This document shows positions 26,830-36,481 of a stretch of 64,000 nt of DNA, piece by piece. Numbering within the stretch: the first letter of the stretch is position 1; each line of letters opens with the position of its first letter. Both the position numbers and the translations under genes were made by a program. Origin of the DNA: a virus (taxonomy: Duplodnaviria > Caudoviricetes); the IMG/VR virus record IMGVR_UViG_3300037418_001071, positions 440 to 64,439 of that record; one strand, written 5' to 3'. The notes beneath the pieces are model-generated. The model saw nothing but the letters and a program-made list of their open reading frames with translations. It did no database searches and was not told the DNA's origin.

Positions 26830-27022
26830 TCTTGCGTTCCTTTTCTGGCGTGCCAGGGGTTCGTTCAGCCAATTCGCGCCGTGCAGCACGAACGCCAAGC
26901 GTTGCCCGCACCACGAAATCGGCTTCGTCGTCAGGCAGTTCAACGATGGCGCCGGCCGGATGGCGGATTACCTTGCCGTCCTTGTGCTGGTCGTGGTTTT
27001 GAAACAGGCGCACCGTTTTCAC
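26819..27022 (-). CDS. Small neck-region protein
   Basis: GTG start overlapping the upstream TGA; HPAGAIVELPDDEA. Confidence 0.55.
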   Translation of the reverse strand: MKTVRLFQNHDQHKDGKVIRHPAGAIVELPDDEADFVVRATLGVRAARRELAERTPGTPEKERKNDS

Positions 27023-27444
27023 AGCATCGCCTCGATGAAGTGGATGGCCGAGAATTCCATTTCCGACACATCGCTGTCGGACCAGCCGAGGATCGGGCGC
27101 GCGGCCATGCGCTCGGTGCCGTCCTGAAGGTAGCCGGCATACGGTACGGAGGTGCTGACCGACACGCCGCCGCCGTCGGCCTGCATCTGGATCGAATTCA
27201 GCAGCGTCCCCTCGTCCCACAACAGCCCCTGCCCTGCGTTTCCCTTGTGCGTGCGGTACTTCTCGGTGCGCGGCATCCATGGCGACCAGGGCGCGTTGTC
27301 AGGATCCTGCTTGACCTGCTGGATGCGCTGCTTCACGCTCTGCTGAGCCTTTTGCCCCACGCCCTGCAGCCACGGCGACATGTTGAGCATGGCGAGCCGG
27401 TTCAGCCCCGCCAGAGCGGAGGCAAGATCGATGGTCATCGTCAT
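27019..27444 (-). CDS. Virion morphogenesis protein (Mu gpG-like)
   Basis: DPDNAPWSPW...LLWDEGTLLNSI...YAGYLQDGTERMAARPILG. Confidence 0.8.
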   Translation of the reverse strand: MTMTIDLASALAGLNRLAMLNMSPWLQGVGQKAQQSVKQRIQQVKQDPDNAPWSPWMPRTEKYRTHKGNAGQGLLWDEGTLLNSIQMQADGGGVSVSTSVPYAGYLQDGTERMAARPILGWSDSDVSEMEFSAIHFIEAML

Positions 27445-28058
27445 ATCGTGATCAACCTCAGGTGAGCGACGTAGCCGATGCTGGTGAAGTCGGGCGCATC
27501 GACAACGTAACGAATTCCTTCCTCGTCCTGCACGACATCGTCCTGTTTGAGCATCCCCTCGGGCAGCGGAATGAACGTGGTCCAGTGCGTGATTGCCTGC
27601 CCCATCGTGGTCGCATACTGCGCCTGCTTGATGTCTTCCCTTTTGAACTGCATGAAGACCGGGATGCCGGTGGCGTAGAACTCGAGAGTCTGGTTGCCAC
27701 CGTCGTACGAGCCGCGGCCGATGGAAATCACGTGATTCGTCTCCACGGCCTGGATCGGCAGGTTCGGCTGCATGTCGCCGATGTAGAACGTGCCCGCCGG
27801 CCCGATCAGGATGTCGCGCGGCTGCAGCACGCGGCCGTCGGCGTAGCAGTACCACGTCGGGGTTTGGTACTTGTTCGGGATGGCGAATTTCTTCTCGGCC
27901 GCAAACGCAACCGGGATGCGCGCGATCTTGTAGATGTCGTCCGTCACGGCGATCGGATCGTCGAAGCGGTAGACGTCGTACATGAAACCGACTTTTGCGG
28001 CCAGCTTCGCGTAGCCGGCGTACTGCAGGGCCTGCAGTCGGGCACCGGTCATGCTCAT
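27441..28058 (-). CDS. Head closure / neck protein (putative)
   Basis: ATGA overlap; position after the adaptor; LKQDDVVQDEEGIRYVV. Confidence 0.55.
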   Translation of the reverse strand: MSMTGARLQALQYAGYAKLAAKVGFMYDVYRFDDPIAVTDDIYKIARIPVAFAAEKKFAIPNKYQTPTWYCYADGRVLQPRDILIGPAGTFYIGDMQPNLPIQAVETNHVISIGRGSYDGGNQTLEFYATGIPVFMQFKREDIKQAQYATTMGQAITHWTTFIPLPEGMLKQDDVVQDEEGIRYVVDAPDFTSIGYVAHLRLITI

Positions 28059-28495
28059 TTCAGCCTCAATGTGTCGATTCCGTTGCCGCAGCCCGTATCG
28101 AGCGCACACGCGACTTCAACGGCCTTGCGGGCGGTGCGGCCAAGGTACATGACGGCCAGCGCGTGATCCCGGCCGCTGCCCATGGCGAAGAACTTGTCTT
28201 CGATCGTGATCGGATGCGGCATCGCCTCGTAGATCGTAATGCGAGGCCCCGGCGAAATGACCAGCAATCGGGCGCGGTGGCATCCATCATCACCACGGTT
28301 GTCCGGAAACTGTTCGGGTATCGCGCCCGCGAGAAACCATGCAATCAGCGCGCGGCCCGCGTCGGAATCGCCGGATGTTCCGACAAGTTCACCGGTCGGT
28401 GCGCGAGCTATCTTCGTCACGGTCGCAGGGTAGCCGGAGCATGTCGCCCGCTTGTCGGCTGCCAGCGTCACGCCGTCCCACGCCACGCAAGTCAT
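28055..28495 (-). CDS. Ntn-hydrolase (proteasome beta/HslV-like) protease
   Basis: M-T-C-V-A-W-D-G..LAADK (Thr2 nucleophile after Met removal); TK; GSGRDHALAVM; AVEVACALD..CG. Confidence 0.75.
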   Translation of the reverse strand: MTCVAWDGVTLAADKRATCSGYPATVTKIARAPTGELVGTSGDSDAGRALIAWFLAGAIPEQFPDNRGDDGCHRARLLVISPGPRITIYEAMPHPITIEDKFFAMGSGRDHALAVMYLGRTARKAVEVACALDTGCGNGIDTLRLK

Positions 28496-28899
28496 GTGCG
28501 CACCAGACTGATTCCGTTGCCGCTGCCCAGTCCCGGCCCGGGTGGCACTCCGAGAAACGCGCACATGCGCCGGCAGACCGACTTGAACAGCCGCTCGCGG
28601 TCACTCTGCTCGGTTGTGTTGCGCTCCCAGACGGCCGCCTTGTTCGTGTCGAGGTTGTCGCTGACGGTCAGGATTGCGGCTTCCAGCGCTGCGATCGGCG
28701 TCAGGAACGTGTCGGTCAAGACGGTCTCTTCGCTTTCGGTCAGGTGATCGAGGCGGCCCGCCAGCGTCAACGCGTTCAGGCCATCGCGCGGACCGGCGTG
28801 GAAATACACCGGGTCCGAGTAGACCGCCACGCTGGCGTCACCGGAGACCGGATATCCGGCCCAGCGACGCACGTCCACTTTCTGAGCATCGGTAAGCAT
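28492..28899 (-). CDS. Head-tail adaptor
   Basis: LTDAQKVDVRRWAGYP...NLDTNKAAVWERN..RRMCAFLGVPPGP. Confidence 0.65.
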   Translation of the reverse strand: MLTDAQKVDVRRWAGYPVSGDASVAVYSDPVYFHAGPRDGLNALTLAGRLDHLTESEETVLTDTFLTPIAALEAAILTVSDNLDTNKAAVWERNTTEQSDRERLFKSVCRRMCAFLGVPPGPGLGSGNGISLVRT

Positions 28900-28910
28900 G
28901 GCGTGACCTA

Positions 28911-29165
28911 TTAGACTGTCTTCGACTTGCGACCGGGACGGCCCGGCTTGTCGGCCGCTGGTTCGTTGACCGCATCGACCGCTTCGATGGTGTCGCCCGC
29001 CGCATCGACGGCGCTGGCGGGCAATTCGGTAACGCCGGCTGCATCGTTGGCGCCCGAGACTTCCGGCGCTTCGCTGGTGTAGTGGCCCGACTTCAGATAT
29101 TCCCGCGCATCGACCGCTTCGATGGTGTGAGCCTTGCCGCTCGGGTCATAGACGGTCATCATCAT
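28911..29165 (-). CDS. Small head-associated protein
   Basis: VDAREYLKSG; basic tail GRPGRKSK; typical post-capsid gene. Confidence 0.55.
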   Translation of the reverse strand: MMMTVYDPSGKAHTIEAVDAREYLKSGHYTSEAPEVSGANDAAGVTELPASAVDAAGDTIEAVDAVNEPAADKPGRPGRKSKTV

Positions 29166-29211
29166 TTCGATTGTCCTGTGAAAATGGCGGGCAACCTGCA
29201 CCCGCCACCTG

Positions 29212-29856
29212 TTAGTAATCGCCCAGATAAACCCAGGTGATCGTGATGTTGCCGGCCCACGTCATCGTCGCATCCGCGTCCACATCCGTCGTTGTCGCGA
29301 AAGCGGAGTTCAGGTAGACGTCCTTGTGGGACGAGTGCCCGTCGAAGTGCGCCGATGCCGCCAACGCTGCGCCAACCGCCGCGGCTGGCTCGTTGATCAC
29401 GGTGGAGGTGACAAACGCGGTCGAAGGCAGCAGGTCAACCATGGTCGACGTCAACGAGACGTTGGACGCCGCCGCCGTACCAACCGCCACCGCGCCGGTT
29501 ACACCGGAATTCAGCGTGGTCGCGATCGTGCTGGTCGTGGTGGGAGCCAGGGACGCCGTGACGCCCAGAACGAGAATGCGACCCTCAGGGAACGAATAAA
29601 TCTTCGTGCCCTGATACTCGGTGCCGTTGACCACCGTTTGCGCCAATGCTGCCAGCGTCAGCACGGTCTGATGGACGACGCCGTTGCCGTATTCAGTTGC
29701 GACCACCTGGCCGGACTGCGCCAGGGCCGCAGGCACCAACCCGACCCCTGCAGCGGTCGTGGTTGGTGTATCGCCGGCATCAGACAGCAGAACGCGACGT
29801 CGTTGGACGATGTTCTCGTTGACTGCGACTTCCGCCTCGATGTAGCGATCGGTCAC
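29212..29856 (-). CDS. Putative capsid decoration / head fibre protein
   Basis: Thr/Ala-rich beta protein right after capsid genes. Confidence 0.5.
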   Translation of the reverse strand: MTDRYIEAEVAVNENIVQRRRVLLSDAGDTPTTTAAGVGLVPAALAQSGQVVATEYGNGVVHQTVLTLAALAQTVVNGTEYQGTKIYSFPEGRILVLGVTASLAPTTTSTIATTLNSGVTGAVAVGTAAASNVSLTSTMVDLLPSTAFVTSTVINEPAAAVGAALAASAHFDGHSSHKDVYLNSAFATTTDVDADATMTWAGNITITWVYLGDY

Positions 29857-29858
29857 GA

Positions 29859-30275
29859 TCAGTCCTTGGCGATGAAGGCCACGAAGTTGATGCCGCTGGC
29901 GATCGTGCCGGCCACTTCCGTGTAGATGCGCACGTAGCGGTAAAGGGTGCCGTTCTGCTCGTTGCGGAACGGGACCACGAAGCGGCCGGTACCGGTATCG
30001 GCATCGGCCGGCGCGGTGGCGTTGCCCAGTTCGATCTGGGCCAGGGTCACGGAACCGGACGACATGGCGGCCACGTTGGAGCCTTCCAGGCAGACGAGGT
30101 AAATTTCGTCGTTGGAGGCCACTTCGACGGCCGAGACGTCCAGCACCAGATAGCCATCGACCAGGCCGGCGCCCAGATCGAGGATCGTCGACTCGGTGGT
30201 AGTGGATGCCACCAGACCCGCCGCTTTCAGCAGCAGCGCGTTGTCGTAGGTGAATTGCGAGTACAGATTTGCCAT
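29859..30275 (-). CDS. Capsid cement/decoration protein (Bbp16-like)
   Basis: DNALLLKAAGLVAST..ILDLG...YRYVRIY; follows the major capsid gene. Confidence 0.6.
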   Translation of the reverse strand: MANLYSQFTYDNALLLKAAGLVASTTTESTILDLGAGLVDGYLVLDVSAVEVASNDEIYLVCLEGSNVAAMSSGSVTLAQIELGNATAPADADTGTGRFVVPFRNEQNGTLYRYVRIYTEVAGTIASGINFVAFIAKD

Positions 30276-30298
30276 GATGCTTTCCTTTCAGTGGGCGG

Positions 30299-31336
30299 TT
30301 AGGCGACGACGGCGGCGTCAGCGATGGACCACAGACGCGTCACCGCACGGCCATTGAAAACGCCGAAGCCGTTGTACCATTCCACACGGGTACGGAAGAC
30401 CGGCGCGGATTGCAGCTCACCCAAATCACGCACGTCGACGCCCCCGTTTTGCAGGCCCAGAACGCCGTCGTTGCCGAAGCTCAGAACGTAGATCGAGGTG
30501 CCGGTTGCAGTGCCCGAGGTGCAGGCTTCCGTGAACGGCAGAATCTGGGCGCCGGCGTTGTCCAGATCGACGGTCAGGATTGGCAGGCCGTTGTACATCT
30601 CGACCGGCTTGCCGAAGCCGTCCACGCCCATCGTGATGAAGCCGCCGACGGTGGTGGAGCGCGACGCCTGGGTAATGCGGCGCTTCATCGCCTTGCTCAT
30701 CAGCAGATGCGTCGGGTTGAGGGTCTGGTCGATTGCCTCGTCCAGCTTGGACAGCGACAGCGCGGAGCCGTTTGCGGTCGAACCAGCAGCGACCAGCTGG
30801 TTGCCGGTGACGCGCACCTGCAGGCCGTCGAACTCGCGCGGGTCGGTGGCGGTGTCGCCCTTGATGAATTTCTTGGTCCAGGCAAGCGACAGCGCGCGAA
30901 TTTTCATCGCCTCGTGCACGGCGCGCTGATTTGCGCCCATGGTGTCGATGATGAATTTATCGACGTCCAGGTCGCCGCCGGCGATCACCAGCGATTCGGT
31001 GAGCGGGTTCAGGATGCCGGTCGACGGCGTGTACGCTTCATTCACGCCACGAAAGCCGACACCAGGCAGGGAGTCCTCGCGGTTGTACTTCAGCGCATTG
31101 CCAGCGATCGTCTCGAACGGCAGGGTTTGCAGGATCGCGGATGAGCCGGCATACAGTTCGATGATTGCCTGGCGCAGCACGTCGCCGGTTTCCAGCTTGG
31201 CTGCTTCGACCAGGGTCAAGGCGCCGGCGATCATCCCTTGCCGCGCCATGTAATTCGTCAGCGCGACATACAGCGGGTCGAACACCCAGGCGAACGCCGC
31301 CACGAAGACGGCTTGGACAAGCTTCAGGAGTTTCAT
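30299..31336 (-). CDS. Major capsid protein with N-terminal leader
   Basis: ALTLVEAAKL; LPFETIAGNALKYNRE; ESLVIAGGDLDVDKFI; EFDGLQVRV; RTRVEWY. Confidence 0.9.
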   Translation of the reverse strand: MKLLKLVQAVFVAAFAWVFDPLYVALTNYMARQGMIAGALTLVEAAKLETGDVLRQAIIELYAGSSAILQTLPFETIAGNALKYNREDSLPGVGFRGVNEAYTPSTGILNPLTESLVIAGGDLDVDKFIIDTMGANQRAVHEAMKIRALSLAWTKKFIKGDTATDPREFDGLQVRVTGNQLVAAGSTANGSALSLSKLDEAIDQTLNPTHLLMSKAMKRRITQASRSTTVGGFITMGVDGFGKPVEMYNGLPILTVDLDNAGAQILPFTEACTSGTATGTSIYVLSFGNDGVLGLQNGGVDVRDLGELQSAPVFRTRVEWYNGFGVFNGRAVTRLWSIADAAVVA

Positions 31337-31347
31337 GATTGATACCT

Positions 31348-32178
31348 TCACTTTTTTGCCGACCTTGCCGCAGTCATGCGCTCGGTTGGCGGGAGATGAG
31401 ATAGGTCTTTGGCGCCCATGGAGCCTTGACCACCGCCCCCACCGCCCGAGCTGCTTGCCGGGAACCAGTGGGGCTTTGTTTTTTTCATGCCTTCAAGCCA
31501 TTCAGCCGGGCCGAACGGTGTCTTGCCGTCCTTGCCCATCACAGGTCGGCCGTCGCTACCCAATTGCACGGCATTTCCTTCGGCGTCGAGCTTGAAAATC
31601 TGACGGCCCAACAGCAGGGCGTCTTCAACCGCATATTTATGCAACTCACCGGCGGCAGACCGAATCGCATTGTCGAGAACGCTCTGGATATACGCATCAG
31701 CGCGCTTATTTGCAGCCTCGGTATTGGCACGCTCGGCTTCAACCTGGCGCTCCAAATCCGCGCGCTGTCGCTCCATCCGCTTCTCGACGACCTCCGAAAT
31801 CTTGCCGGCAGCGATCAGCTTCAGTTCTTCGTCATTGTCAAACCGCGACATGATTTCTTTAACCTTGACCGGATCGATGCCCTCGTACTGCTTCTCGATT
31901 TCCTTGCGCCTCTTCTCCGCATCACGCGCAGCTTGGCGTTCGGATTCGAGTGCCGATTTCAGGCCTTTCGTGTCTTCCAGGCCGATGACGTCAAGGTGGA
32001 ACTTCCCGTCCCTCTCGACATAGAGCGCCCGCTGAGGCTCGGGAACCGAGTCCAGCGAATCCGCGACCAGCGGCACTGCTGCCAGGATCAGGCCACTGCG
32101 CGCCATGTGGCTAAACAGGCGTTTGTGAACGAGATCCAGGAGACTGCGAACAAAGGTTTTTGCCTTGGTGATTTGCAT
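31348..32178 (-). CDS. Scaffolding protein with N-terminal leader
   Basis: RBS GAGGGA before MQITK; DSLDSVPE..ALYVERDGKFHLDV; coiled coil; PHWFPASSSGGG. Confidence 0.8.
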   Translation of the reverse strand: MQITKAKTFVRSLLDLVHKRLFSHMARSGLILAAVPLVADSLDSVPEPQRALYVERDGKFHLDVIGLEDTKGLKSALESERQAARDAEKRRKEIEKQYEGIDPVKVKEIMSRFDNDEELKLIAAGKISEVVEKRMERQRADLERQVEAERANTEAANKRADAYIQSVLDNAIRSAAGELHKYAVEDALLLGRQIFKLDAEGNAVQLGSDGRPVMGKDGKTPFGPAEWLEGMKKTKPHWFPASSSGGGGGGQGSMGAKDLSHLPPTERMTAARSAKK

Positions 32179-32217
32179 TGCGATATCCCTCTCGGATATT
32201 TGTGTTACGGGCATCAC

Positions 32218-32255
32218 GCCCTATAAAAAAAGCCGCTGCATCACGCAAGCGGCTT
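32218..32255 (-). terminator. Terminator between portal and scaffold genes
   Basis: AAGCCGC...GCGGC-T7 on the minus strand. Confidence 0.65.
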
Positions 32256-32300
32256 CTGAAACTTAAAGGCCGGCAGTGACGCCAGCCTTGGAAATTGGTT

Positions 32301-33761
32301 CTAACTTGCGGCGCTCGGTACAGACGCCGATGGATCGGCCGCGACCGGCGCACCGCTTTTCATCTTGGCCTGCTCGCTTTCCGGCGTCGCCTCGATCGAA
32401 ATCACTTCACCCTGCTTCAGATTGCTGAACAGGGTGTCGTAGCTATAGGCGCCCTTTTGCCAGCCCATGATCAATGCGGTCAGCTTTTCCGCGTCCATCT
32501 GCGTCGGCATGAATTCACGGTTCAGGCTGAATTTGACACCGCCACTCATGCCAGCCCACTCGCTGAACGTCTGCAGTGCCTGCGCGAGCCCCATCGAGAT
32601 CGCTTGTGCGGCACTCGCCAATGTCGCCTGTTCGCCACTTCGATGGATGCCCGCGGCATCTGCGGACTCGACGCCTTTTTTCTGAACCTCCAGCATGCGC
32701 GCGCCGAGAATTGCCATCATCAGCTCTTTGCGCTCGCACAGGTCTTTCAGCGTTCCAAGGCCCTGGCCGGTGAATTCCAGATATGCCGCCTTGGCGAGCG
32801 GATCGGTGAATACCCATGCGGTCGTGCTGCCGATGTAAAGCTTGTCCGGCGCTTCGCCATCGTTGTTTGGCGGCGAATATCCGGACACGACAGGCGTCGG
32901 CAGTCCCGTGAAATGCGCGCCATGCTCCCAGTCGGCCATCGTCAGGTAATGCGACAGGTTGATGTCAACCAGGTCGATCAGCGGCGGCTCGTCCACATCT
33001 GGCGTGGTGTCGTCCACGCCGATGAAGTAAAACGGGATGAATGCCAGCGGATCGCCGTTCATCTGCGGAATGGAGTCGACTCCGATCTGGATCGGGTTGC
33101 CTCTTTCGTCCAGCTTGAACAGGCGAATCCGATAGACCGTTCGGACACTCTCCCCGGATGCCACGTCGACCAAGTCGAGAACGCGATACCGGTCTTCCGG
33201 CTTCCCGTCGGTGAATTCATCAACCTGCTCGGAATGCACTTCCTTCAGCACGACCTGCGACAGCACGTACTTGTTGTTCACGCGCCGGCAGCGCCAGTTG
33301 ATGATCGACTCTGCCTTATAAATGTTCATCGACGGCCGCAGATTCAGCGCCAGCACATCGGCCTCGGTCATGGTCTCGGTATCTACGACCGGATAGTCGA
33401 CAAACACGCCGACCCGGCCAACGACCATGCATTCTTCAGCGATCTGTTGCGCGAATATCTGGAACGGCACGCCCGACATGGTCACATCGCTGATGTGATC
33501 TTCCAGGCCGACCGGAACTTCCAGATCGGGCGACTTGCGAAACAGCATGCCGAGCAGACCGGCAATCGTGCGCCAGGTCGCGTTGTAGAAAGTGGCGCGT
33601 TTTACATACGCGGCGTAATCCTCCTGGGTCTGATCCTTCAGCTTGGGAAGGTAGGCCTCGCCGGCCGCATGGATACTGTCCTGGCCGGCGGAGACATCGC
33701 GACAGCGCTGCCACTTGGGCGCCATTGCGACGTAGTCTTTGTGCTTGTCGTTCAGAGCCAT
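32301..33761 (-). CDS. Portal protein (DUF4055-like)
   Basis: YLPKL..Y.AYVKRATFYNAT.RT; PPLIDLVDINLSHY..AD.EHGAHFTGLP. Confidence 0.9.
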   Translation of the reverse strand: MALNDKHKDYVAMAPKWQRCRDVSAGQDSIHAAGEAYLPKLKDQTQEDYAAYVKRATFYNATWRTIAGLLGMLFRKSPDLEVPVGLEDHISDVTMSGVPFQIFAQQIAEECMVVGRVGVFVDYPVVDTETMTEADVLALNLRPSMNIYKAESIINWRCRRVNNKYVLSQVVLKEVHSEQVDEFTDGKPEDRYRVLDLVDVASGESVRTVYRIRLFKLDERGNPIQIGVDSIPQMNGDPLAFIPFYFIGVDDTTPDVDEPPLIDLVDINLSHYLTMADWEHGAHFTGLPTPVVSGYSPPNNDGEAPDKLYIGSTTAWVFTDPLAKAAYLEFTGQGLGTLKDLCERKELMMAILGARMLEVQKKGVESADAAGIHRSGEQATLASAAQAISMGLAQALQTFSEWAGMSGGVKFSLNREFMPTQMDAEKLTALIMGWQKGAYSYDTLFSNLKQGEVISIEATPESEQAKMKSGAPVAADPSASVPSAAS

Positions 33762-35017
33762 CAGGCACCGCCAATTTTGATTCGCTGCATGTTTCTTCCT
33801 TGGATCGGCCAGCGATTCACGATGAAATAACCGGACGCATCCAACACGTGATCCAGGCCGCCACTCTTGTCGGGCTCGCCGTTCTTGTCGTACGCCTGCT
33901 TTTCCAGCGATTCCACCAGGTGCGGGCAGATATCGACGTTCACGCGAAAGCGCCGCACACCTTCGCTATGAATCATGCGGTTGTAGCTCAGCACCCGGTC
34001 CTTCACCGCCGGATTACTGCTGTTGACGCACACCTGGAACCCGGCCTGCCTCAGGATCGCGAGATCCGATTCGCTCGCGTTGTTGCTCTTGCGCGAATTA
34101 CCCGATGCGTCCGGATACACCATCACGCTGTGGCCGCACTCCTTATACCGGGCGCGCAACAGCGCAGCCATCGCCGGTGTATCCAGGATGTCGACGTGCT
34201 CCATCACAGCGTGCGGATCGCCATCGCGCAGCACGAACAGCACTGCGGCCATCCTGCCAACGTTGAAGTCAAGGCCAACGTGAATCGTCTCGCCTTCGCG
34301 GATGGTCTCAGTGGAGGCGTTCAGGTGACGATCGAACTCCGGGTAGACGCTGCCGGAAGTCAGGTTCGTGAATTCGCCGTCGAGGTAAGCCGACAGTAGA
34401 TTGCTTGGATACGAGGCCTTCAGGCTGTCGATGTACCCAGACGGCAGGTTGCGCTCGTTGCTATAGGTGCTCGCCTTGATCAAGCGGTATCCGGCCGCGG
34501 GCTTCTTCTTCCAGCGGTCGTAGACAAAGCGAAATCCCTCCGGAGTCGTCGCCACTCCAACGGTATTCAACGCGCCGTCCGGCTTCTTCTGTCGGTTCCG
34601 GCTGATGATCTTGTTCCATACCTCTTGCGCCTGATTGGGCTTGAGCGTATCCAGCTCGTCCACCAGGCTATCGGCCACCTCATAGCCGACGATGCGCTCC
34701 GGCGTGTCCATCGTGCGAAAGATGATGTCGCCGGCGTTCTCTAACTCGATTACCGCGTTCGACTTGTTCAATCGATACGGCACCTTGTGCTCTTCCAGCA
34801 TCTCCACGAAGCGCGGAAAGCCAATGTTGCGCACCAGGTCAAACGTCGGCAGGTAATACGCGATGTTCTGGCCTGGATAGGCGAGTTTCTTCGTCAGAGC
34901 ACGCGCAACCGCTGCATGAGTCTTGCCACTGCCGAATCCAGCCACGAAAGCCGGGAACTGGTCGAGGCAGGTGACGAACTCGAACTGCGGGTCACTCAGT
35001 CGGATCTGCGTCGTCAT
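33761..35017 (-). CDS. terL: Terminase large subunit
   Basis: Walker A AGFGSGKT; VDELD Walker B; GLDFNV; YPDASG; DHVLDASGY. Confidence 0.95.
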   Translation of the reverse strand: MTTQIRLSDPQFEFVTCLDQFPAFVAGFGSGKTHAAVARALTKKLAYPGQNIAYYLPTFDLVRNIGFPRFVEMLEEHKVPYRLNKSNAVIELENAGDIIFRTMDTPERIVGYEVADSLVDELDTLKPNQAQEVWNKIISRNRQKKPDGALNTVGVATTPEGFRFVYDRWKKKPAAGYRLIKASTYSNERNLPSGYIDSLKASYPSNLLSAYLDGEFTNLTSGSVYPEFDRHLNASTETIREGETIHVGLDFNVGRMAAVLFVLRDGDPHAVMEHVDILDTPAMAALLRARYKECGHSVMVYPDASGNSRKSNNASESDLAILRQAGFQVCVNSSNPAVKDRVLSYNRMIHSEGVRRFRVNVDICPHLVESLEKQAYDKNGEPDKSGGLDHVLDASGYFIVNRWPIQGRNMQRIKIGGA

Positions 35018-35693
35018 ACTTCATGATCTGAATGACTGGCGGCCCAAGCTGTAGCGGCGCACCATCCTTGCCGGTGAGTTCAGTCCGGTCCTTGAACATG
35101 CCTAGGTGGCGCGCGACCTTCTCCAGCGCCGCCATCTGGTCGTGCATCTTGACCTCGAGACCATCCTTACCGAGCTTCACGCCGGCGTACATCAGCCTGG
35201 CGCCACCCTTCAGGTTGCGCGTGTCCTGCACGTGCATCGAGCCCTTGCCCTCGCCCTTGCATTCAGGGCACTCAGGATTCGCGGCCTTGAGCCTGTCGAA
35301 ACCGAATCCACCTTCGCAGGTAGGCTCGGCGTTGCTCTTCTTCGCCGCCTCGATCTTGGCCACTTCGAACTCGGCCTCAGTCCACTGATAGAAGTGATCG
35401 ATGCCCCAGCAGTGCCGGCAGCAATTGCGGCGGTATTGGACCAAATCGTTCGCGTCAGCGGTGGCGATCTGCCACAAACGCTGTAGCACCATGTCCTGCG
35501 TGATCTCGGTGCGAGCCTCGCGTGCCTTCATGGCGTCTGTGATGGCGGCTGTGATCCTAGTTTTGCCTAGTAGCTCAGGCCCAATTTTCCCGGCATTGCG
35601 CTCGCTATACCCGGCGCGGATCGCTGCCTGGGTCGCGTTCAAGTCGATCAGATACTCGTCGACGAAGCGCTGCTGTTTGGGGGTGAGAGCCAT
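34992..35693 (-). CDS. terS: Terminase small subunit with Zn-finger insertion
   Basis: LTPKQQRFVDEYLIDLNATQAAIRAGYS; CCRHCWG...CPECKGEG; ALEKVARHLGMF. Confidence 0.9.
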   Translation of the reverse strand: MALTPKQQRFVDEYLIDLNATQAAIRAGYSERNAGKIGPELLGKTRITAAITDAMKAREARTEITQDMVLQRLWQIATADANDLVQYRRNCCRHCWGIDHFYQWTEAEFEVAKIEAAKKSNAEPTCEGGFGFDRLKAANPECPECKGEGKGSMHVQDTRNLKGGARLMYAGVKLGKDGLEVKMHDQMAALEKVARHLGMFKDRTELTGKDGAPLQLGPPVIQIMKYDDADPTE

Positions 35694-35846
35694 TTAGGTA
35701 TTCCATGTGCAGTGCACCAATCGGTTTGGTCTAGGCCCGCGTTTTTCGGCACCTCGCACTATGGCGTTGCAACGCAACATTCGGCGCGGACCTCTCCGTT
35801 TGCGCCATAGGGCCTATTCCTTTTGATAGGTATGTGTGGGCGGTCC

Positions 35847-35875
35847 TTGAATGCACTCATTGAGTGTACTACTAT
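35847..35875 (+). promoter_or_regulatory. Sigma70 promoter with palindromic operator in the spacer
   Basis: TTGAAT-17 bp-TACTAT; CACTCA-T-TGAGTG at 35854-35866; two more CACTCA half-sites at 35892 and 35900. Confidence 0.75.
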
Positions 35876-35916
35876 GAACCTATCGAAGCAGCACTCACCC
35901 ACTCAAGGAGAACGCC

Positions 35917-36270
35917 ATGATCACCAAGTCCAAGCAAGCCTGGGAAGTCGGCCAAACCGTCAAAGTCGGCTTCCTGTCGAGCCTCGTTGTAACGGCAAAG
36001 GTCATCACCCCGGGCGACTACGCTCCCGATGCCTACATCCTGCGTCGCAATGAGCAACTGTATAAATTCGTGCCGCACAATGGCCTGGAAAAGATTTCTC
36101 TTGATGAAGCCGCCGAGATGGTCGCCGCAGCCAAGGTGCATGTCACACGCGGCGGCGGCGCAGAGATTCTCGCAAAAGCAGCCAGCGCACCTAGTTCCTT
36201 CGCCAAGTTCGAGGGCATGGTCGAACAAGACGGCGAAATGATGGCTCTGTATAGCAACGTTAGCCTGTAA
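35917..36270 (+). CDS. Hypothetical protein, candidate anti-CRISPR/anti-defence
   Basis: Strong RBS AAGGAG; first gene of a plus-strand operon inserted upstream of terS. Confidence 0.7.
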   Translation: MITKSKQAWEVGQTVKVGFLSSLVVTAKVITPGDYAPDAYILRRNEQLYKFVPHNGLEKISLDEAAEMVAAAKVHVTRGGGAEILAKAASAPSSFAKFEGMVEQDGEMMALYSNVSL

Positions 36271-36286
36271 CCCAAAGGAGATCGAC

Positions 36287-36478
36287 ATGGCAACCTATAC
36301 CTACACCGTTCTGTACCAAGGCGCAGAGATCGCCACTTCTGAAGGCATGTCGTTCGAATGGGCTCGCGAAGAAGCTCTTTCCGACGTTAGCTCAATGTAC
36401 CCGCGCGATGAATTAGAATTCGTGGCAACGTGCGATACCGGCGTCGTCAGGCATATTTCCGGCCCTTGCTACCTCTGA
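36287..36478 (+). CDS. Small acidic protein, candidate anti-CRISPR/anti-defence
   Basis: Strong RBS AAGGAG; 63 aa, Glu/Asp-rich. Confidence 0.7.
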   Translation: MATYTYTVLYQGAEIATSEGMSFEWAREEALSDVSSMYPRDELEFVATCDTGVVRHISGPCYL

Positions 36479-36481
36479 CCA

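Noticed and set aside
31225-31250. Prepilin-peptidase site in the capsid leader (RQG/M)
   Set aside because: No Glu at +5 and the hydrophobic stretch precedes rather than follows the site
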